A stretch of DNA of 63,567 bases, counting the filler, from Gonapodya sp. JEL0774 (Eukaryota), in NCBI GenBank assembly GCA_027604505.1. It is 41 parts of 41 records of this genome, joined end to end, with 100 filler letters (N's around TTAATTAATTAA, not from the genome) between each part and the next. Parts side by side here need not be neighbours in the genome. Positions count along the whole stretch, not along the records: positions 52,871 to 54,314 come from JADIIX010003138.1; positions 54,415 to 55,858 come from JADIIX010003139.1; positions 55,959 to 57,400 come from JADIIX010003140.1; positions 57,501 to 58,942 come from JADIIX010003141.1; positions 59,043 to 60,484 come from JADIIX010003142.1; positions 60,585 to 62,026 come from JADIIX010003143.1; positions 62,127 to 63,567 come from JADIIX010003144.1; 34 more parts are not named here. One strand, given 5' to 3'. The notes beneath the pieces were generated by a model. It did not search any database. It was not told the origin of the DNA and was given only the letters and a program-made list of their open reading frames with translations. The translations under genes and the position numbers were made by a program. Positions 52,918 to 63,567 of the stretch are shown piece by piece; the first letter of the stretch is position 1, and each line of letters starts with the position of its first letter.

Positions 52918-54314
52918 ATGATGAGCACCAGCGAGGTAGACTATCTGCGACACGAAGTCGCCCTTGGGAACGCCAAAATTCAATGGCTGGAGAATAGACT
53001 AAACAAGGTGGAGGCGGCTCTCTCCAAGTTGGTGGCGCTCATGGACCACGCCTCGGCACTTGAAGCAAACGCAGGCGAACGAGATACCAACCAAGTGACG
53101 GGGCATCTGACGGGACAGCTCCGTGATAGTGGGATCTTCCTTCCCCCACAAAACGCCGCTCACTCCCTCCACCAAACACCCGACGTACCACCATCAGCGG
53201 AGGCCGCGTTAGGTCGGTCGAACTCCCGCGCACAAGACGACAGTCCCCTGCCGCTACCATTTGTGCCGCCGGTGGCTGCGGCGGGGTCTCAGTCCTCCGT
53301 CAACATTCAGCAAAGTCCCGACTGTCCTCCACCACTCCCACCCCGCCCAAAGCCTGCCAACGCCACCTCAGCGGCACCTCCCTCCAAGTCATTACCCCAA
53401 CATTCCAAGGGTCCCCATGCCAGTAATTCTAAGTCCCGCTCAGGTCACCCCAAACCCGCCGAGAACGACCGACACCCGGTGGCAACCTTTGTTGGCAAAC
53501 TCGGGTTGCTCACGCTCGGCAGCGTTGTTGCAAAGGAGGTTTTTGGTGACGAGATTGGCGATAAAGTGGTTGAGGTGGGGTTGGAGTTAATGCAGGAGAA
53601 GGACGACAGCCCCATGTCCCACAGACACACACACAGGACGGGACGTAAGAGTGAGTCCTTCTGCACGCTCTCCCCACACCCCCAGCCCCCACTTGAGACC
53701 TTCTGGAACAGAATGTTTCGCATGCGCCCTGCATTGCTGAGGGCCTCTGATGCGGCCCTGAGTTGAACCCTGCGTGGTCTCACACGTAAACGCTTTCCAC
53801 TCCTCCCCGCACAGGCCCTTATATGCAGCATCAACCTCATTCAGCGGTGCGCTCGCTGCACAACGTCTGCCAGACAACGCCGACTTTCACGTACGACTCT
53901 TTTTGTGGACCAGAAGTCCACCCAGCTGCACACTCTCCCCAGCCGTTTGGGACCCAAGGCAACTCTCCTCCACAGACTACCCCGCGTTACGATCCCCCTC
54001 CACAGACTACCCGGCCTTACTATCCCCATCCACAGACTACCTCGCCTTACGATCCCCCTCCACAGACTACCCCGCGTTACGATCCCCCTCCACAGGCTAC
54101 CCCGCCTTATGATCCTCCTCCACAGACTACCCCGCCGTACTATCCTCCTCCACAGACTACCCCGCCGTACTATCCCCCTCCACAGACTACTCCGCCTTGC
54201 TATCCCCCTCCGCTCCCCAGCCTACCGACGGTGCTCGCTGCTCAGCCATTGAACGAGTCCAACCTTGCCGACGACATCCATGGGCAACCCTTGTACAACA
54301 AAACTATCGACATG
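52918..54314 (+). CDS. Hypothetical Pro-rich protein (probably spliced, 3' partial)
   Basis: 282-aa ORF with a coiled-coil-like N-terminus, followed by a second frame containing the repeat array. Confidence 0.45.
53963..54211 (+). repeat. 30-bp tandem repeat, 8 copies (PPQTTPxY[D/Y]P)
   Basis: CACAGACTAC core at 53971, 54001, ... 54181. Confidence 0.95.
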
Positions 54315-54414
54315 NNNNNNNNNNNNNNNNNNNNNNNNNNNNNNNNNNNNNNNNNNNNTTAATTAATTAANNNNNNNNNNNNNNNNNNNNNNNNNNNNNN
54401 NNNNNNNNNNNNNN

Positions 54415-55661
54415 TGCATCCAGGCCATTGCAAAATTCGGTCGCGACAAGTTTTTCATGTGTGTACTGTTTGATCACGGGATCATTGGGTTACGATGTCT
54501 CGCCGTGATTGCGTGTCATATGACATTGTTGGGGCCAGCACCGACAAATTTGGAATACGGCACGACCCCAAGACAAACGCATTTGACTACACGCCACCAA
54601 GCTCTGTTGCGGAAGAATGCGAGGCAAGCTTGAAGAGACTGGGCACGGACTACATTGACGTCTATATACCAGCCCGTGTGAACCCTGAAGTGAGTACACA
54701 CAAACACAGAATGCCATTTTATGTAAGGCGATATCGATTCATCTCACGTCTTGTTTGTCATCACTGCTCCTGTGAAGGTCCCGATCGAGAGGACCATCGA
54801 GCAACTCGCTATTCTCCAAAAACAAGGCAAAATACGTCACATCGGTCTCTCCGAAGCCAACGCAGCAACAATCCGTCGTGCCCATAAAGTTGCTCCTATA
54901 TCGTTTCTCGAAATCGAGTACTCGCTGTGGGAAACCCAGATCGAGCAAGTCGTTCTTCCTTGTTGCAGGGAGCTCGGAATCAGGATACTGGCATACTCAC
55001 CATTGGGCAGAGGCAAGTTGATGAGCATATTCTACTTTACTGTAGGGCAGTCCGTGTGACGTATTTTGGATAACGCTCAACTCATATCGTGTTTACAACA
55101 GGATTTTTGACTGGCACCGTGAAACAGGAAGATCTCGGTGAACGTAAGGATCCACAAAATTGATTTTCAAGGGCACTGAATGCTTGCTCAATGACCGTTC
55201 TCCTGGCATAGGCGACTTCCGCAAAATGACACCCCGTTTCCAAGGAGAAAACTTCGAAAACAATAAGGCAACTTTCTTGAATCCTATCGAACAAATAGCG
55301 GATCACATGTCGCATGAATCAGGAGAAACAGTGAAGCCGTCGCAAGTTGCTTTGGCGTGGGTCTTGTCACGCGGTGAAGATATTTTCCCGATACCAGTGA
55401 GTTGACAACGGATGTATATCATCATTGTTTCTCACAAATGTTTGGAAACTCTCCCCTCATATATTGCGACTCATCACACAGGGTACCAAACAACTACAGC
55501 TTCTGGAGGAGAATCTCAAAGCTGCATCGATCAAACTGTCCTCTCAGGACTTGGCGGCTCTGGATGTAGTGGTGCGACAGGGGGCGGCGGTGGGAGCGAG
55601 GTATCCGGAATTCGGTATGCACTTCCTTCAAGACCTCACGGTGGATGAAAAGCTGAATTAG
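54415..55661 (+). CDS. Aldo-keto reductase (YakC/pyridoxal reductase-like), multi-exon, 5' partial
   Basis: [52 protein letters not shown]. Confidence 0.95.
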
Positions 55662-56007
55662 ACAAACCTATGTAGTTTCACTTAAGTTGTGATCCTGAAA
55701 ATTTGAATATCCCTTTCCCTCGGCGAGAGATCACTGGAGTACACAAAACATCTACGAGTTTCATATTCTTTGTGTTTTGTTCGGCAATCTCACGGACGGT
55801 GTAGCAGTCAACAATTAATTTTGATTTCCGCGCGAAGCGCGGAGCTCCAGAAGCTTTANNNNNNNNNNNNNNNNNNNNNNNNNNNNNNNNNNNNNNNNNN
55901 NNTTAATTAATTAANNNNNNNNNNNNNNNNNNNNNNNNNNNNNNNNNNNNNNNNNNNNTTGCCCTGTCAAATCCTTCTGTTCAGAACTCGGCTTCACACA
56001 ACGCGCA

Positions 56008-57386
56008 ATGTCCCCTATCGCTACCTGTGAGTCTTAAAGGACATTGCGAACCGTGATCCGGCGAGTGCGCCATTCCTGAAGCGTTTTATCGCGGATCAAT
56101 CGCACCATTCATGAATGCTCTCCCTCTCCCCGTTTTCCGTCAGCTGAGACTCCGATTCAGCCAGTTGAGCCCTTGCTCGTCAAATCTGATGACAACGTCT
56201 CTCTGTTCCCCATCCGATACCCCGATTTGTACGCACTGTACAAGAAGGCGACTGCCTCATTCTGGCGGGTTGAGGAAGTGGATCTCCAAGACGATATTAT
56301 TCAATTCCAGAATCTCACGGAGGGCGAACGACACTTTATCAAGATGGTTCTCGCCTTTTTCAACTTCTCAGACATCATTGTGATCGAGAGTGTCGTACAG
56401 AGAATATTCGAGGATGTGCAAATTCCGGAAGCCCGTCTCTTCCTGTCCTTCCAGGTGGGCATGCACATGAGATTCGTTCAGGAACATTGTCGTTCTGTCT
56501 ATTTTTCTCTAAAGTACTCTTTCCCTTCATCCATCAGGTCGCAATCGAATCGGTGCACTCCGAAATGTACTCGTTGTTCATTGACTCCTTGATCACCGAC
56601 TCCGAAGAGAAGCTCCGACTGTTCCACGGTCTGGAGCACTACCCCTTCCTTCGGAAGAAAGCTATGTGGGCGCGAAGGTTCATCGGCGACGACGTGGACT
56701 TTGGCAAGCGGACTGTTGGTTTCATCATCGTGGAGGGTCTGTTCTTCTCAGCGTCATGTGAGAATACTAAGAACGCTCGCTCGTCCCGTTTCCTGATTCT
56801 AATACGTCGCCGATCTTATTTTCCCCTCTCCCCATGCCTCTAGTTGCGGCCATCTTCTACCTCAAGAAGCGCGGTATCTGCAAGGGCCTCGCCTTTGCCA
56901 ACAAGCTTATCTCTGCGGACGAAGCCCTCCACACCGAATTCGCCGCCACACTTCTCCGCCACGTGCAGAACAAGCCCGACTCTGCCTGGATCCTCGAGAC
57001 CATGAAGGCCGCTGTGGAGGTCGAGGAGGAATTCGTTACCGGATCTTTACCACTCAAACTCATCGGCATGAACTCAGACCTTATGGTACAATATGTTGAG
57101 TTCGTGGCCGACTACCTGCTCGAAATGATGGGATGCCCAAAACATTACGGGGCAGCCAATCCGTTTGACTTCATGGCAATGCAGGGTATGGAGGTAAGTC
57201 TTGCGGTGTTGGGATATGGAATCCACTCACAATCTGACGCCACTTTTAAACGACCTTCAATATCCCTGCCCTCGGAATATCACTTCACTTCAGGACAAAG
57301 CGAACTTCTTCGAAACCAAAGCCGTATACCGTCTCCCTCAGCCGACCAGCTCCGACCGCGTGTTCTCCGTCGACGAAGACTTCTGA
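56008..57386 (+). CDS. Class Ia ribonucleotide reductase small subunit (R2), short and divergent, 4 introns
   Basis: EPLL..LFPI.YP, ASFWRVEEVDL, ESVHSEMY, VEGLFFS, DEALH, NPFDFM, NFFE, FSVDEDF*. Confidence 0.93.
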
Positions 57387-58082
57387 GGATACAACGCATG
57401 NNNNNNNNNNNNNNNNNNNNNNNNNNNNNNNNNNNNNNNNNNNNTTAATTAATTAANNNNNNNNNNNNNNNNNNNNNNNNNNNNNNNNNNNNNNNNNNNN
57501 TGTGGGTGTCGGGGCAGGAGGTGGAAGGTGAGAGTTTCATGGGAGTTTTACCACATCTGATCGAGATTTTGATGGACAATTTATTTCTTTCCGCTCGTCA
57601 AGGTTCGGCTTTCGTTCCAACTCCTCCATCGATGACGATGAGGTACTTCTTCCCACTCCCTTCGGACTCAACGGCAAGATTGTTCCACCTCTCCGACGTT
57701 GGGATGTCTTCGAAGACGAGGAGGAGCAACAGCTCGGTAACATTCGTAAATCGAGCAAGCGGAGGGGGGCCGATCCGGACGACCCTGATCTAGACGAGAT
57801 AGACGGTAGAGAAACCTTGGGCTCCTCCAGAGGTGGGGTGGTGGAGGAGTATTTCACTTGATGTTACCCGTTTCAGTGGAGCTGTGACAGTCAAATTGCT
57901 TGCGCCAGTGGGTCGAGTTGCTGCCCGTATGTAGTGCAATTTTAATTAATATACATTGGTTTGAAAGATAAAATGAAAATGTGCATGCATATGCGCTCTT
58001 CCCACTTCCATGCAATATCATCTTTTGAGCGGAACGTGATCGTGCAGGAACATCCCATCATGAAGGCCGCTCGCTGGTCATA

Positions 58083-58942
58083 CTAGCGCCCTCCTTTGCT
58101 TTTAATGTTAGCTCCGCCTTTCATACGACTCTTGTTTGTTGATTGGCTGTTCTCTCCAATTCGTGAGCTCTCAGATCTGCGAACGGGCTTCTTAACTGAG
58201 CTGACCTCGCGACTTCTCCCCTCTCGCTCCATCACGCCAATATTCTCAGCGTCCAGCTCCTTCTCGTCTTCAAACAACGACAGTTTTTTGGCCTTCGTTC
58301 GATAATCTGCCACATCGAACTCATCGTCCTCGTCCCTTCCGTCTTCAGATCTCACATCATCCACCTTCCACCCACCTCGGCCATTAAAAGGCCGTCCACG
58401 CACTTCGGCCTCACCAAATTTGAGAGAGTCCAAGTCAATATCCTCGGTTACGACGACGGTAGAGAGAGATGCGGTAAGAGGATCATGGTAGGCAGTGATG
58501 GTGGTGTTACGGGGACGTTTGGAGGTTCGGGAGGAGTCGGCGGCAGAGACAACATCCTGGTGCTTGCGTTTGAGAGTATTTGAGAGATTCAAACTAGGCG
58601 TGGAATCAGAATGTCCAACGGTTTCGGTGTTCGGTTCTGCAAAATCCGCCTCGGTATCCATTTCGGTCCCATTGTGGATTTCTGAGTCACTGCCATCACC
58701 GTCTTCGTCATGATCGCTACTTTCTTCAAGAGCGTCGGCCGAAAGTTCGCCCCTCACGACTCGTCGCACCTTTTCGACTCGCTCAAGAACCGCCGTCACA
58801 AGGTGGGGATTGCGGGAGGCGCGTTGCTTTAAAGACAAAGCCAGAAGTTCATCGAGACAAGAGCCAATAGAGAGAGATTTGACGTTGAGTGTGTAGTTCG
58901 TGGAAAGTGTCGATGTTGTCAAATAGCTCGCTCTACAAGTGG
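58083..58942 (-). CDS. Hypothetical charged, possibly nuclear protein, C-terminal part
   Basis: Open frame of at least 279 aa with acidic and basic tracts (KRKH, KRPR). Confidence 0.5.
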
Positions 58943-59042
58943 NNNNNNNNNNNNNNNNNNNNNNNNNNNNNNNNNNNNNNNNNNNNTTAATTAATTAANN
59001 NNNNNNNNNNNNNNNNNNNNNNNNNNNNNNNNNNNNNNNNNN

Positions 59043-60109
59043 CGCTACTCTTTAGATGTTGGGGAGTCCCGTGGTACGCTCTGTGAGCAGCTTTCGGCCC
59101 TCTTCTTTGACGACGCGAACGTGGATTACGAGAGTGGAGTTGTTGCAGAAGTTGCTGGCGGTATTTGGAACATCTTTCTTCCGTGAGCCATTTTTTAATC
59201 TATTTTTGAGCTGCAGTATCTAACTGGATCGGGTACTCCCAGGCTTTGTTCTGGGCTTGATATTCGCACCAACCATCTTGCCAAGTCTATTGAGAAAGTA
59301 CCGGAATCCGACTTTGTTCAAGTCACGATGCAAGTCTCAGGCTTTCAATCGTCTGGGACTTTTCAGTTAATGAACATTCGTGCACCACACATCATTTTGA
59401 CTGTTTCTCCGCCAAACTTTTCCACCATGGTGCTCGAACGGACATCTCTAACAACAGCATACAGCTCCCATATATCAATCAATTCCCCTCTTCCAAGACG
59501 ACTCGTGGATTCTTTACCCAAGATATCATTTGGCAGCCATCTTTGCATAGCTCTGGGGTGGGCAGCGAATACGCTGTCCAATGCTGGATTACTGGGGGAA
59601 GAACAATCCTTATTGTTCGTTCATGATGCATCTTGCTGCTGGAAGTTTCGTCGATTTGCCGCTCAGCAGACCGAACATCACGAAACTGCTCACCCAGTTC
59701 GAGATGTGCTTCTCGGTGTTGTCCCGACAGCGTTGGTGTTGGATGGCCTGATAAAAGAGACAGACGCAACGGCAACAAAAGCAGTTATGAAAGTCCTAAG
59801 ATCTATATGCTCCCGGCTATCCGATCCTTTGCAGTTTATGGTTGCTCGGTAGGTGGAGATTTGTTTTTACCGAGCTTATTCTTTCGATTGGATCTATGTT
59901 CAATCCACTGTAGATGGCCACTTTCTACCCCGTTCATTCCCCCTCATTCTAGTCCAGTTGATATCGATACGCTATCGCGGCCAGTGGGAGACTGGTTGTT
60001 CTTGGCTGGTGCGTGGACCAGCGACGAGTACTTGGGAACATTGCAGGGAGCATATGAAAGTGGAGTCCGAGCTGCTGCGCAGGTCGTTGAACGATGGGTG
60101 GATGGATAG
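59043..60109 (+). CDS. Flavin-containing amine oxidase, C-terminal exons
   Basis: PVGDWLFLAG..GTLQGAYESGVRAAAQV. Confidence 0.75.
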
Positions 60110-60706
60110 AGCTTCACGATGCTCAATAAGTGGTATATATTGTACTTAGCACTGAAACACACACTGCGATCACTTAAATTTATGTAACACAGTAAGAATT
60201 GACAACAGTCATCATTATCACTTAATAGACGACACTGAAAAGTATTCAAGTTTGTAGTGCGGCTTTCCACAAAAGATGTGGAGGGGTTGGCCTGGGTTCC
60301 TGGGGGTGGGTACGTTAGTGCGTATCTAGCTCAGAGACGTATGTAGTGCCTGGTGATGGGTCGAGGGGAATACAGAAAACGTTTGTCTATTGATTGGTAC
60401 AACTTCGTCTGTCTAGTGGGGAAAACATGGGGTTTTTATAGGCAAGCCTCGGATGCTAACACTAGATTAAGCTAAAGAGTTTTTNNNNNNNNNNNNNNNN
60501 NNNNNNNNNNNNNNNNNNNNNNNNNNNNTTAATTAATTAANNNNNNNNNNNNNNNNNNNNNNNNNNNNNNNNNNNNNNNNNNNNACTCCCTCGATGGAGA
60601 CAGGAAACACGGGTATACATCGATATCATGGCTACACGTACACAAATCACTACAAAAACACATCCAACCCTCCACCCCCGGACGCCCCCCACCCCCCACA
60701 CCCCCA

Positions 60707-62026
60707 CTACCCTGTCTTGACGTCCAACTCCCCCATCCCATCCGGCACGTTCCCGAACAAATAACTCACGCTCTCCCCATTATGTGTCCGTCGTATGGCC
60801 TCGCTGAGCGTCATGGATATGTCGATGACCTCGAGTTTGGGACACTCGGCCAGTTTGGACGACAGGGGGATCGAGTTGGTCGTCACGAGTTTGGTCAAGG
60901 GGGAGGAGTTGATGATGCTCGTGGCGGAGCCCGAGAGGACGCCTGGGGGGGTGAGGGGGGGGTGGGGGGGTTAATCCCGGTGGGAAGGGTGAGTTCCGAA
61001 TGCTGAAGGGTCTGTCCCAGGGAATATGAAAAATAGCGACCGTCTGACGATGATATAAGTAGCGTCTTTGACGCTTTTTTCCCTCCTCCTCCACCATCCC
61101 CCCCACCCCCGCCAACCAACCCACCATGCGTCACCGCCGCATACACCTTTGTAGCGCCATGCTCGACCAACACCTCTGCCGCCTTCCCGAGCGTTCCACA
61201 CGTGTCCGCCATATCGTCGACGAGCACGGCGACTTTTCCCCTCACGTCGCCGACCAAAATCATTTTGGACACTTGGTTGGCCCGTTTACGCTCCTTGTGG
61301 ATCAAAGCGAAGTCCAGGAGGAGCTTGTCGGCGATGGAGGCGGCTCTAAGGGGGCGGGGGGGAGGGGGGGGGGGGTGGCGGGGGGGCGGGCGCGCCGGGG
61401 CGGGCGGGGCGGGTCTTGACGCGCGGCCTGGGTCTGGATGGGGGTGGGATGAAGGAGGAGACGGACGGTGGATCAGGTGGAGAATTAGTTGTTGGTCGCG
61501 GTGAGTCATCCTATACCACCCAACCCTTCCCCATTTTCGTCGTTAACCACGCTCCTCAACTCTTCCCCGTTGTTCCCAAACACAAACCCGCCCTCTCCCC
61601 CACTCACCACTCAATCCCACGGACCCTCCCCCTGCACCCCCCCCTCCCCCCCACCCCTCCGCCCACCATCCCAACCCCCCCGTTTACCCACCTCTTCGCC
61701 CCCCCCGCATCCGGACTCACAATCACACAATTCCCCTCCTTGACCTCCTCCACGTTGCTCCTTACCCACTTACACACCATGGGTTCCGCGAACAGATTGT
61801 CCACCGGAATGTCAAAGAAGCCTTGGATCTGACTCGCGTGAAGGTCCATGGTGATCAAATGGTCCGCGCCCGCCCGTGTGAGCATGTTGGCCACCAGTTT
61901 GGCCGTGATGGGCGCGCGGGACTTGTCCTTGCGGTCTTGGCGGGCGTAGGGGAAGGAGGGCACCACGGCGGTGATGCGGCGGGCAGAGGCGGAGCGGCAG
62001 GCGTTGATCATGATGAGGAGTTCCTG
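60707..62026 (-). CDS. PRS: Ribose-phosphate pyrophosphokinase (PRPP synthetase), 5' partial
   Basis: [70 protein letters not shown]. Confidence 0.97.
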
Positions 62027-62922
62027 NNNNNNNNNNNNNNNNNNNNNNNNNNNNNNNNNNNNNNNNNNNNTTAATTAATTAANNNNNNNNNNNNNNNNNN
62101 NNNNNNNNNNNNNNNNNNNNNNNNNNGGCGGAACGGGAAATTGAAGTGGATGCGAGAAGTTGATTTGTATCGGTGTTTTTTAGATACACCATCTTGCGGT
62201 GGCAGGCATTGCTTCACTCTGGACTTCACGCCGTGCATGGTTTGGGAGACGCATCTGTATTGTGGCACTGTGTGAATTTATTTAATATGGCGAATAACCC
62301 ATTCGCCGAGCACGCCATGTGACAGCGTTCGCAGACCATGCTATGGGACCGGCTGGTCAAAACTGGTGAACATTGAGTACTGGGGGACACTCTACCTCGA
62401 TTATCAAGCGCGCGATCCTGACTTTGGCGAATGGCGCTCACTCAAAAGTTGAAGATCCTTTAATGCTTATTAGTATTTATGCGCTAAGTAATGCACGTGT
62501 AAATCAGAATCAATTTAGTATTTCGCGGTCCTTTCCTCATGCCAAGACACATGATTCCTCAAATCCTCCCCCTTCGGTGCCCGAGCACCAGCAGGGCCAA
62601 GACGGAGGAGGATAATATAAGCTTTTCGGACCGTGTGATGTGTACAAATTTCCTGGCGGATCTTCTTTTGTTTGAGATGGTTTCGGCCCATGGTGGTCCG
62701 TCGTCTCGAGGACTGCCAACAAGGTATTAACGTCTTCTGGAACTAGTGGGAAGCGATGACTTTCTTACCCTTGAACCATTATTATAGAGATTTTACGCAA
62801 GTTGACGACTTTCACTTGTAGTGGAGCCCGTCAGGTAATACATAGTCGGGCGGAGGGGGGCAGTGGAAAACAAATGTTGCCTCAGAATAATCGCCGGATC
62901 ACCTCGCGAATACGCCGCTCTC

Positions 62923-62930
62923 TATATATA
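62923..62930 (+). promoter_or_regulatory. Possible TATA element of the sugar transporter
   Basis: TATATATA about 120 bp upstream of ATG 63047. Confidence 0.35.
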
Positions 62931-63046
62931 CCGCGAAACTTGAAATCCCGATTGAACTCGTTCGCGGAATCATCAGAGTCGAGCCGGAAATTCTACGCCG
63001 AAGAATCTTCCCAGTCACTGGTTTCCTTGACCAACCAGCAGCAATC

Positions 63047-63567
63047 ATGGCTCCGACTCCTATTCCCCGAGATCGCCTAATCTACGCGTACCTGGTCTGC
63101 TTCTCCACGGCACTCTGTATGTTCATGTATGGTTATGATGCCTCTACTTTCAACGCTACCAATACGATGGCGACGTGGTAAGTTTCCGCTTTTGTCCGTG
63201 TTGGACTCTTTGGTGCAGTTCCGTCAATCAATTTCCGATCCGCCCTGTTTGATAGGAACGCGGATTTCGGAAGCTGGAGTGACGAGAAAAAGAAGTTGAT
63301 GGTTGCCTCCGATGTTCTCGGCTTGGTTGGCGTCGGCTACTCCTGCGGTGCCATCTTCACCGGATTCTTCGTCGCACCATTCATCTCCGACAAATACGGC
63401 CGTCGACTTCCCATGTTCATTGGGGCTATCCTCATCATCGGCTTCACCTTCCTCCAGACCTTTGCGCCCAACTTCGGAGTCCACGTTGCAGGCCGTGCTG
63501 GTGTCGGTCTCGGTCAAGGTCTCATGCTTCCCTCTGGACCCGTCTACATGGGCGAGATCGCTCCTGT
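63047..63567 (+). CDS. MFS sugar porter (3' partial)
   Basis: YGYD, SDKYGRR, GRAGVGLG, PVYMGEIAP. One intron at about 63178-63254. Confidence 0.92.

Noticed and set aside
10939..57400. MCP, nrdJ and R2 as one viral gene cluster
   Set aside because: They lie on separate size-sorted contigs, so co-occurrence in this window is not evidence of linkage.

Overview
This window is not contiguous DNA. It is 41 size-sorted contigs of about 1.44-1.46 kb, joined by 40 artificial 100-nt spacers (N44-TTAATTAATTAA-N44), so gene order across spacers carries no information. Most contigs hold fragments of intron-rich eukaryotic genes: mitochondrial MetRS, VPS15, LST8, CBP80, alanine aminotransferase, SKI2, endosulfine, PRPP synthetase, ABC and MFS transporters, SDRs and a pectin lyase. 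A SAXO/STOP-like axonemal protein together with fungal-type genes suggests a zoosporic (chytrid/monoblephid-like) fungus; this is an inference. The standout is a contig (10939-12399) in which the C-terminal half of a giant-virus (NCLDV) double-jelly-roll major capsid protein reads in frame, with no stop, into an intact Ty1/copia-type aspartic protease domain. Also virus-like are a compact intronless contig with a class II (B12-dependent) ribonucleotide reductase plus a PAS-like ORF, and a short, divergent but intron-bearing class Ia R2 gene. Other observations: nested, CpG-decayed copia elements; a C-rich to G-rich skew phased to exon boundaries in several GC-rich genes; micro-exons; GC-AG introns; and candidate bacterial HGT genes. 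All family calls are by eye from motifs; no searches were run.
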